64,000 nt of DNA from Paragordius varius (taxonomy: Eukaryota > Animalia > Nematomorpha), in NCBI GenBank assembly GCA_964247055.1, contig OZ176058.1, positions 3,100,001 through 3,164,000 on the forward strand, given 5' to 3'. The notes beneath the pieces were generated by a model, which saw nothing but the letters and a program-made list of their open reading frames with translations, did no database searches and had not been told where the DNA came from. The first letter of the stretch is position 1. Every line of letters begins with the position of its first letter. Positions 1-11,700 of this stretch are shown one piece after another. A program made the translations under genes and the position numbers.

Positions 1-1171
1 TAATATATTAAACTATGAAAGTTGCAATGAGATAACATATTTTTAATTTGTTAGTTCCAGAGTTTATTTATATGTCGTTGAAAGTTAATTAATATCTGAT
101 TATAAAATCAAAAATTATTTAAATTCTGTCATAAGGCATTCAAAAACTTTTATGCCTAATCAATTTTATTATATACCACATCACTCAGTCAAAAACATTT
201 TTTCAAACAAATGCATGTTTAATTGTTTGAATGAAAAATAGTGCGTTGGGTTGGAAAAATGTGGCGTTCGGCTGAAAAAATGTTTGCTTGGTTGTCTTAG
301 ATTGAAGTGTTGCATTTGGAAAAAGAGTTGCTTTTAACGCAATAATGTGAATTAGAAATATTGTTAGTTGCCTTGTTTACAAATATTATAGAAATATATA
401 GTCATTAGACAGAGCCCTTAATTTAGACAATTAGGTCTATGGAAAAAAAACAAAAATTGAATATTTTAAATAATACCGATGTTGGATATTCATATATTTG
501 TAGACTTTAGGTTCGTTATATATAAAATGCTAAGATAAACTTTCCCTAAAATATTTAGGACTTAATATATTTATTGTTTTTTTAAAAATTTAAGAAATTA
601 TTAAATATATAATGGCAAAATGTTTTTTGACAGCGATTGATATTTTATTTTTATATTTTACAGGATAATTTAATAGCTTTCTTTAAAAAAATGGATTAAA
701 GTTAGATAATCATATTTTAATTTTCTAATTATTATTTTAAGTTGGAACAAAAACTTTATAATATTCTTTCAAGCAATAAAAGGTTTATTAAATGTATTGC
801 GATAACAAAATTTAATACACTTTTAAATTCAGAAAGGTATTATAATTATTTTATAAAAAATAAGTGAGTATGAAGTGAGAGTTTGAATTTTAATGTCGGT
901 AGTAGCTCGCTAATTCCTTAAATAAATTTGTCAGTTTAAAATTTAAAATAACTCCCCTTTCTTTTCTTGTATTTCCTTTAATTTAATACACTTTATATTT
1001 ACCATTACGACATAAATCCCCTTTTGCTTTAACTTTTCAAAAAAAATTATCAAGAAATTTTATCTTAAAATCGACCCATATAAATTTTTTTTTTAACACT
1101 CAACTTCTGGGGTAGTTTTATATTCAGCGCGATTTGAAATTCAGAATCTTAAAAAATATTTATGCAATTAG

Positions 1172-1776
1172 CACTTCGATTTAAATTGGTATATACATAT
1201 TATTTTTATATTAATATTTTTGAATTAATTTTTTTATAAAAATACTGAAAGAAACGGTCCCAATTTAATATGCTTCTTTCATATTAAATATTATATAAAT
1301 AGGCTGAAATGACCAAATAAAATTTATTTTAAAAAAGTTCCATATCAAATTACTTCGTCGGTATTTTTTTTGTATAATATCGTAATAATTTGATTCTAAG
1401 GCTAAAATTAAATTAATTATTTATTAAAATTTAACATAATATAAATAAAATATGGTATATTTTGTATTATTTTATATTAAGCTTATGACACAAGTCATGT
1501 TGGCTAAATTATTGTAAGATTTTTACCTCTGAAAAAAAGAATATATATTGCATTATTTTATATTGTGGCGGACACATGTCATGTGGCTAAATTTATACTT
1601 TGGGTTTTAGCTCTGAATAAGTAATATCAAGTAAATTTGAATATTTTTTTATATTTTGGTTAATTAATGTTAAATAGGGGCAAACTTTTACAATGGTTTC
1701 AATTCCTTCCATATTTTTCAAAATATTTAATTTAAACAGGCTTAAGGTATTCAACTAACAAATTTGGATCGATAGA
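1172..1776. mobile_element. Degenerate copy of TTAA-flanked MITE family C (piggyBac-like)
   Basis: Starts CACTTCGATTTAAATTGG and ends ...AAATTTGGATCGATAG; internal blocks (gaaggaaacggtcccaattt, aaaaaagttccatatcaaattacttcg) are shared with the copy at 14986-15512. Confidence 0.6.
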
Positions 1777-2739
1777 CTAAAATGAATGTGTTGTAATTAA
1801 GTCTTCCAAATTTAAAAATATACCTTCTTTAGTCATTTAGCCGCCAAAAAATTAAAATTTTAAATTTTCACTCTTATTTTCGCCATTTTTTAATATTATT
1901 GGGAAATACAACAGCTAATAAATATATATTTTGGTTAGAAAATGAATTACTTTACTTTAAAAGCTTTTAGGCTATATTTTACCAGAAAAGACTTGATTCA
2001 TTTTGATATTGCTCGTTTCATCGTGTTTCGAACCCAATTTTAAACTCCAAAAGTCCAAAACTGTAAAAATAGCTTTTTCCCTAATACATGGGAATAATGT
2101 TTGAAAATTTTCAAAACATATTGACAGTATTTATTTTCTTTGGCTTTCAGACAAGCTTGTATTTGGTAAATTATATAATTAGAAAATATTATAGTATCTA
2201 CTTAAGTCGGTTAATTTCCCTGGGTTTAAGTAATGAGATTTTAAATACTCGGGTTTTCTGCAGTTACTTATGCGAAAGCTGGAGATTAAACCATAAGATG
2301 GTATTTGGAATATAACTGATTAGTTAAATGAGAATATTTCTTTTTGAATGGGACCCATAGTCATTATGCTATTTGGCTTTTAAACCATAGACAGCTTTTT
2401 TTCTAATACCCCTGACATGAAACATCAGGGTTACTCTCCAAAGCGCCAAATCTGAACCAAAGATATATAGATATTCTTTGAAATTCTCCTAAAATAATAG
2501 TATGCCAATAAAATCATTATTTCAGTTTAAAATTGAATAATACTATGAGCTTACAATTGAAAGAAAGTTATAATATAAGCTTTATTTAAAGGTTTATATT
2601 ATCAATTTTTAATTGAAACTAATTGATAAAACATATCTTATTAAAACTAAATAATATTAAAATCATGCATAAATTACAAAAGACACAATGAATATAATAA
2701 AATAACATATGATTTCTATTTTTAACCGTCTTATCTCAT

Positions 2740-5700
2740 ATGGTAGTTTCAAGTGATGCAAAAATTATTGAAGGGTTGAAACTGATCGAAGAGGCAGAAA
2801 AACAGTTTTATATTTATTAAAATACATTTTAAGATTAAAAAAGAATTTGTTTAAATGGTCAGCCGATTACGATACAGCAGCAGAATATTTCAATAAGGCT
2901 GGTATATTTTTGGTTTTTTTATAATTTATTCGTTTTATTGATAATAATAATATAAATACACTTTTATCACAATTAGCTATATGCTTCCAAAATGCTCAAG
3001 CTTATGAAGAATGCAAAAATGCTTACAACAAGGCTGCAATGTGTTATCTAAAGATACATTCGTAATAAATTTTCTTCTATTTAATTTGATACGTTTCCAT
3101 TTGAATTTTTTAAATTTCATTTATAAAGTTTAATTTTTTAAACTTTTCATATTTATTGCATGCTGATATATCACTTAGGATTTTGCACTCTTATTGCAAT
3201 ATACATGAATGATTATAATCTTTTTTATACATTTAAATATTTAAAAGCCCATTTTTTATATATTATATTTGATTTGATTTCAATGTATTTATTTAAAAAA
3301 TTATATTCATTTACTTTCAAATATTATTTTAAAATATATCGTTGCATAATTTTCCCAATTAAATCTATCATTATTCAATTATAACTATACTTAAATTTTT
3401 TTCTATTTTTTTATAGGGCTTCCTCAGCTGCCAGGTATATTGTTAAATTTTTTATACATTTTGGCAAAAAATAAAATTATAGAATATTTTTTAGTGTTAT
3501 TATAATTATATATTTACCTTTTGGTTGTTTGAAAAAATATTGTTTTAAAAGTCATTTTAAACATTTGAGTCTATTGATTAAAAAAATATTTATAGAATTT
3601 AACATTTATCATACATATCAATCGCCTTGTTAGTCATCTTATATATTTTTTAAAAATTTATATATATTAGATTTTATAGCAATAAAAGTACTTTTTTAGC
3701 ATAAAGTATTCAGAAAACGCATATCCACTATACTATAAAAATAAATTAATGAAAAATATATTTCAAATTAGTATTATAAAATTAGTACAATTGCAATAAA
3801 TACTTGTATTATGCAGTTAAAAAGTAAAACTATAAGGATTTTTTTTACAATATATGCTTTTTAAACCCTTGATTTTTCCTATATAAATTATTTCATTACA
3901 ATTGTTAAATATATAATTGATTGTGTCATTTTACATGTCTATTTCAACTTTGCAATTAAAACAATGAGTTTTGATAAAAATGAAGTTTAAATATCTACAT
4001 CGTTGTTTTGAAAAATAGGGTTTTATATTTTGTCGCTGTATATTAATATTTAGCGCTAAATTTTTTATAGAGAATAAATTATTTAGTAAAACAATAATAT
4101 TTTTAATAAACTAAATTTTCAAAATGTCCCTTTAATGTTAGATGTTATGAGAATATAGCTGGAGTCCATAAAGAACTGGGCGAATGGTTGCAATGTTATA
4201 ACGCCATAGTAAAAGCCAGTGATATTTTTGTTCAGGAAGGAAGTCCTAGGACCGCAATCTCTTGTCTCACCAAAGGTTCCAAGTAAGTTAAAATTTTGAA
4301 AATTCTTATATCAATTATTTTTTGTTTGTTTTCGGGATTTAAATTAGAAGTTTTAAATTTTTTTGATAGATGAGTTTTTTTAAGAAGTTGAAATATGAAT
4401 AAGTTTGGTTTGAATTTTAAATACAATAATTTTATTGTATTAAGATAAATCATTAAATAAATAGTGATAATTAAATATTTAATGATTTTTTAATACGTAA
4501 CATATCGTTTTGTGTCGAGAAATAAGAAAAATAAATGTAAATTGGTTGAACAATTTTAATTAATCAAATTCAGTATAATATACCTTTAACAATTCGAATT
4601 CCTTCTTCAACAATTCAAATTTACCCTAATTCATATACACCCTCAAATTTATATGTTTTTTAATATTACCTATATTTTTAAAAAATTAAATTATGTTTTA
4701 AATTAAAAAAATATTGAAAAAATAATAACTATGCCATAATGATATATTTTCTGTTTATAATGAGTTATATTAGTTCGGAAACACATAATTAATTTTTAGG
4801 GTGAATTTGAATTGTTCGAGGGTGAATTTGAATTGTTCATGGGTGAATATGAATTGGTCAAGGGTAAATTTGAACTTGAAATGGTATATATAGGGAAAAA
4901 TCATTGATTAAAAAATTGGTCTTTATAAAAAAATAATTATTATAAAAAACGGTTGGAAAAAATAGAGTGTCTAGTTAATTATTAATTTTCGTTTCTTTCC
5001 AATATCTGGTTTAAATTAATATTTTATATATTATATTATGTTTATAGGAATTCAAAATACATTTTTTTAAATTTTATTAACTTTATTTACAGTTTTAGAA
5101 TTAAAACAGAACATGAGTATTTTTTTATAATATAGATTCCACATTTGATTTTACCTATGTCATTACATAAAATTAAGTGTCCTATCAATATTATTCATAT
5201 TATGCAAATTTCGAAATATCATTTATTCCTTTTGCAAATTAAAACAATAAATTATTTCCAAATAATTAACTATTAAAAATTATGATTCTCCTATAAAAAA
5301 TTACCCTACACTATTTAGGTTTTGTTTTGAAAAAAATATAATACTATTTTAGAATGCTAGAAAAAGCTGGTGTTTCTTCTACGAATACTCAAAATTCATC
5401 AAAAAATGTAATTCCAAATAATAATAATACTCCCAACGAAAATGGCGAATCAAATCCATTAGCTTTAAGTGCAGACTTGTTGATTAAATCGTCTGATGTT
5501 GTGGCTGGGGAAGCAGACGATAGCACATCTCAACAGCTGATTGAAATTTATGCAAAAATTGCCGTAATTTACGTTAAACTTGGCAGGTTTTATATTATTA
5601 TATAAATATATGTTTTTGGATAAGTTTTAACAAATATTTTATTTGAGAGCAAAAATTTTTATAAAATAATCCCTTTTATTGAGAAATATCTAATAATAGT

Positions 5701-8700
5701 TAAAAATAATATTATTTAAAAAAAATATTTTTTTATTTTTTTGCGTTTTGCTTGTAAATTTGATTTTTTAAGGTTTTTAAATTTATTTTTTTGGGAGTAG
5801 AATTATTATTTTATAATTTTTACGTACAAAAAAGGTATATAAGCGAGGCGAAATAATATATTTATTTACACTTCTTAACCTTTTGGGGTAGTATTTATTC
5901 CAACGCAATTTCATAACATAATTAACTTATAATATAAAAAACATTTTCGGCAGCCTTACAGAAAAAATATTTTGAATATTACATCTAATAGGACCTTAAA
6001 TCAATAAAAAATTATAATTTACTTAATTTTTTGAGTTAATATCGAGATTAAAACAGTTTCCCCAAATAGGAAATTATATTTTCATTATATAAAAATATGC
6101 CACTCGTTAGTACCACAAGTGTCATGTTTTAACTTTAATAGCCATTCTCTATTCTTTTATTATTTCATTTAAAAATTAGTTGCGTTGGCCTAAACTTTCT
6201 CACGAGTGTTTGTGGAGTATTTTATTTCAATGTTCCCTTACTTTGTAGCCAATTTAATGATGTATTATTTCTTTGACAATGATGCTGATTGGTGCTAATG
6301 TGCCACGAGTTTCTATAGGTTAGCAGCATATTATTCAAAGTCTTACGACTATTAAACACAGACATAATTATCAATTAAATTCATGATTTTAAAATATAAC
6401 ATTACCCTTTCAACTAAGCCATTCGTCTAATGATTTGCGCTCGTACATGCTTAATATTTCAATAAGCCATCTTTTCTCAGAACCTATAGCTTTAAAATCA
6501 GCAATATCCGATATTAACATGCTTGTAAATCCATATATCTTAAATCATTTTTTCAATTGATACTGTTAATTATCTCCGTTTCTACCTATCTCGAGGAAGA
6601 CGCGTCTATTAAATTTAACCGACCATTATATATCATTCATATTACCCGCAGTATCCAAATGAAAAGTCTATCCCCAATTTTAACATTGAAATTCCATTTA
6701 TACACCGGATTTTCAGCGCGATATTTGCCCATTTCTTTTGATGATAGCTCTGGAACAAATGATTTGCTACCTATGGATTTCCAAGAATGTCAATATATGA
6801 TAAGCTAGGTACTTTAAAGCATATAATTCTCTAGAAAAGATGACAAATTGAAATATCAAACATGTAACGGTTGCGCGCCATACAATCCAAGAAAACGAAT
6901 GGATAATTTATATCTAAAACAAGATTTCGCTTGACACTATGTCTGCCCAGGTATTACCGACAAAAGGCTTTTAAAATAATGTGAGCCTTTATCTCTACTG
7001 TGGTACAGTGAATTTAAGACAGCTTTCATTGTTTTTAAAATAGATATAATTGTTTCTCCAGCTAAAAATATTTTCCTATTATCAATATCAACCATTTTCA
7101 GACCTTATAAACCTTCTGAGACATAAGTGTTGTTATACGTGACAAAACTATAAGTGTGGCCGTATTCTTCAATCGAAATTCTTTCGTGCCAATTAATAGA
7201 GTTTCGAATCACTAAAAAATGCTAATGAATTTATTATGTATTTTTTTACAGGTTATTTTAATAGTTTACTCGAAATAGGAAATTTTATTTTTTTTATCTA
7301 ATATAAAATAATAAAATCAACTAAATGTAAAATGATTTAAATTTAATTTTTTTCATTTTTGATATACAAATAAGCTGTACTTGGTTTAGTTCATAATTAA
7401 GTTTTTAAGGAGGTGTTAAAAAATTGGATATTTAAATGTTTTTGGTATGCATAATTTTAATAAAAAAATACTTTATTGAGAAAATGCAAAAAAGTTTAAA
7501 ATGAGGCTTTATATACAATTTGTCTTTTATTAATTTTTTTGATCATACATCTTATAGACTAAAAAATTATATTTTTTGATATTTTATATTAATATATTGA
7601 GATATCGAAAAATCGCTTTGTCGTATAAAACTACCCCAAATAGTAATAAAGTGTTAAGTTAAAATTAATTATAACTTAAAAAATATTTTATATGGAATAA
7701 AAGCAAATCAAAATTATCATTATTTTGCAAATTATTAATATAATAATGAAATTCCTAACTAAAAATATTTAATATCGATTGAGAGTGATATTTTTACCCT
7801 CAAATACATAATTTTTTTAATAATAATGTTTTGATATGTAAATAAGATATTTTTTTATAGTATTCAGTATTCAAGATTTATTCAGTTTTATATTTAAAAT
7901 CTTCTAAAAATAAAAAATATAGATTTTTCGATGCCGTTTTTTACCTGAACAAGCAAATGGAAATTTTAATTCAAACGCACAAAAGTGTTTACGAAATAGG
8001 TAATTCTAAATTTTTTTTATAAATTTTTATTTAAAATATAATTGGATGTTAAGGTTTTTATAAAAAACTTTATTATCCAACCTTAAATAAAAATATTATA
8101 TTTTGTTTTTTATTATATGTAATACAGTATACGGACAAAACGTGAAAATATAATGTTAAATATTTTTCAAAAGGACTTTGTATTTTTTATACTTAATTTT
8201 TTACATATAACTCATTGTTTTAAATTGTATAATTTAGGAAATAGTAATGTAATTTACAATTATAATTAAATAATTTATATAAGAAAAAACAAGGATTATT
8301 AAAGTATTATGATTGTCTTATAGAAATAAATATTTGCTTTATATTTCAACGTTTGTCCGTATAATTTCAATTTTTACTATATCTTAGTATTTGGTTGACT
8401 TAATTTTGTGTTTTATACATACCATTTTTGATAAAAAAACAAAAGTTTTACGCAAATCTTAATTTCAATAAAAATATATATGAATATTTAATTAAAAAAA
8501 ATATATTTTTGTTAAAATAATTTTTGTGGCTTTTATAAAAGTTGCAAAATTTGATCATAAAAAATACTATTACAATCAAAGTTTTTCTTCAATTTTTTTG
8601 AGGATTAAATTATTTTATTTTTTTATTTGCATATTTTAAATAAAAACCACTTTTTTAATTTAAAATATTATTTTATATTTTAGTTAAGGCTCTAATATTT

Positions 8701-11700
8701 ACTTTAATTTCAGAAAAATATAATAATATCTTATAAAGTTATATTTGGTAAATAGCATTCGATATTTTTGATTTTAGAATTTTATAACTTTTATATTCAA
8801 CAAACTGAGGTATTTTTAATCTAACACTTTAATTTTCAAACATTTTTGAATACATATAACATATTTAATGTTAGAAATAACATATTGAATAAGTGATCTG
8901 ATTAAAGTTTACCATTTGTATTTATCTGTATATTTTGATATTTATTAAATATAAAAAAATGAATATGATTTTAGATATCTCAAATTTAGTTTTTTAGAAA
9001 ATTTTTAATTAAATATGTGAAATAAGTATTTTATTATGTTAGTCATATTTATTTTTATTTTATTAGGTCGATGCGCTTTAAATTTAATCATAGTTCATTT
9101 AGCAAGACAGGATTCAGTTTCTGCTACTCAGGCTTTGAATACCACTTGCAGGTTAAAAAAATTAATTTATAAATTTTAAACATTATAAATTTTTTATTTG
9201 AAAATGTGACTTTTTCTTAATAAAAATGAAATCATATAAACCCTAAAAATGAAATACTAAAAAAACGTAAAAACAAAAAAATATTTTTTCAAAAGACAGC
9301 CAAACTTTTTAAAATCTTATTTTTTTCCATATAACCTAAATGTTTACGATATATAGAATATCGCTAGTTAAGTTATATATGAAATTATTTTGTTTTTTTT
9401 TTCGTTATATTAGGTGTTTAAAAATGATATTTAAATAGATTTTTTAAAGATTGATTCATTTTATGAATTTGGTTTTTATAAGGTTTTATAAGTAAAAATT
9501 TTTTATATATAAAATTGTCTATTCGTTTCTAAATTTAATTTCTTTGCTGCAAACGAAACTTAACTAACAAATTTTAGAGATAACCCTTTTAATTTTATTT
9601 TTTTATAATACTCTTCGTCTTTATTGGGTTACGAAACATGGAATAAGGATTTAAATTTTATTGAAATAATAATTAAATAATAGAAAAATCATGGTTAAAG
9701 TCTGGTCGTCTTTTAAAAATATTTATCTTGTAGTTTTTACTTTTTGTATCTTATAATTTTTATTAAATAGTATATATGAGAATTTGATAAATATTTTTTT
9801 TAGTAAATTCCAATTTTTCAGGTTTAAGAAATTAATTTCTTGTATTATAAAATTAATGATCCAATATATTTATTATAGCAATGATGAATTCGCCACCTCT
9901 GCTATTTGCCGAACATGTGTTCAACTCATACAAGCTTTTGAGGGGGATAATTACGATAATATGAAAGATTTAAAAACTAATAATAATCATATCAAGAATT
10001 TGGATAATGATGTAGTTTTACCAAAATTTTATTTTTTTTGCTTTTATCACCTCTACTTATTCATTGTTTTACGCGACCCTATGGGGTAAATTGACCCCAG
10101 AGTTTAAAATAGCATGCAAATTACTGTTTTGAAGTTGTTTTGAGTTAAAACTCAATTTAATCAAAATTTCTTACACTATATAAGAAAATTATTTTTACAT
10201 TTTTTATAGTTGTTGTATGATACCAAATTTAAATAACTTAAAAAGACAAAAAATAGCTTGTATTAAAATCAAATTCTAAAGTTAATTCTTTCATCATCGT
10301 TCTTGATCTGGGTTCTCAATAATGAGTGTCTGATATATTCTTTTCTCATGTATTCCGGTTGTAGGCGTCTTCAATATCAATGTTTCTTTCCTTTATTATT
10401 TATATTTATTAAAAATAATATCCAGCCCTGTTGTATTTACTTTTTTAAAAAAATAAAGTTAAAAAATTGGCGGTGAAAATGTTCGTATCGTAGATTTTTT
10501 ACTAATTTACACTTTTCAAAAAAAATTGCATCGTAAGCCTTCAATTTTTTAATTTGGCCCAATGCTAAAAAAAAATAGATAATTAAATTTTCAAAGTGGG
10601 ATATAAAACTACCTATCTCAAAAGGTCATGAATTGTTAATTTTTGAATATAATGAGCTATATTAATTTCATTACTTTTTTTAAATTTTAAAACTTTTCCA
10701 ATTTTATATTTTATTAATAATAATTAACACTATTACCGTTTAAAGTAGTTTTATATCCCAGAGCCATTTGAAATTTTAATATCTTGAAAAGTATTTATGT
10801 ATTATTAAGTCAAATTTAAATATATGCTTTCTTTAATCTTTTAAGCGCATTAAAGAATCAATTTTTTTTTAAAAAAATGTATAATTCTAAAAAAGTCCTC
10901 ATCTTAAACTTTTTTGCCGCCTTAATGTAACAGTCAAATAAATGTATATTATGGTTAGAAAATATAATGTAATTAATTAACAAAACTTTCAGGCTCATAG
11001 TTAACCAGCAAAACTTGATATATTTTGATTTTAATATCAGCTGTGTGTTTCAATCGTGTTTTGGAGCTGTCTCAATTTTAAGCTCTAGAAATCACAAAAA
11101 TGTCAAAAATATAAGTTTTTTTAATACATGAGAACAATGTTTGATAATTAAATTTTAATTAAAATAACTTTCAAAACTAAAGTATTTTTATACAATTTAG
11201 TTTTTACACCCTAAATGTAAACTAGACAAAAAAGTGAAAGAAAATGTATTTAAGTATTAAAATAAGATACTTATTTGGATAATGATATAATTTTATTATT
11301 ATTTTTCAACAATTTATGAATTTAATTTAATTCTAACTATTCATATTTTTTATATATGTTTTATTACATGAAATTAAATGTTTTAACATTGTTTATAAAA
11401 AAATATATTACATTGTAATTTTAGAGTTTTATTATTTAAAAATTTATGTGAAAATTTGAATAAGGGTATAATTTTTATAATGAATTACATAATATTTTTA
11501 TTATATTCAGAATTGTTTCTCATCTTCTATGCTACTAAATATTAAAAGAATTATTTTCACTCTATTATAATATATTAATTTTTTATATTGTTCATAATAT
11601 ATATATATATATATATATAAATGGTTTATTTAAGTTAGAAAATTCATTTACAAAAACGATATTTTAACATAAGTAATTCGTTTAAAAAATTATATTTTTA

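Noticed and set aside
1980-2500. Slightly GC-richer patch upstream of NAPG, including ORF 2088-2315 and a small CCCTGA/TCAGGG hairpin
   Set aside because: All frames on both strands hit stops and no family motif was recognised; it may be a decayed element or a divergent exon, but cannot be supported.
6557-6808. Plus-strand 83-aa ORF
   Set aside because: It is the antisense shadow of the Gypsy integrase relic; no splice context or homology.
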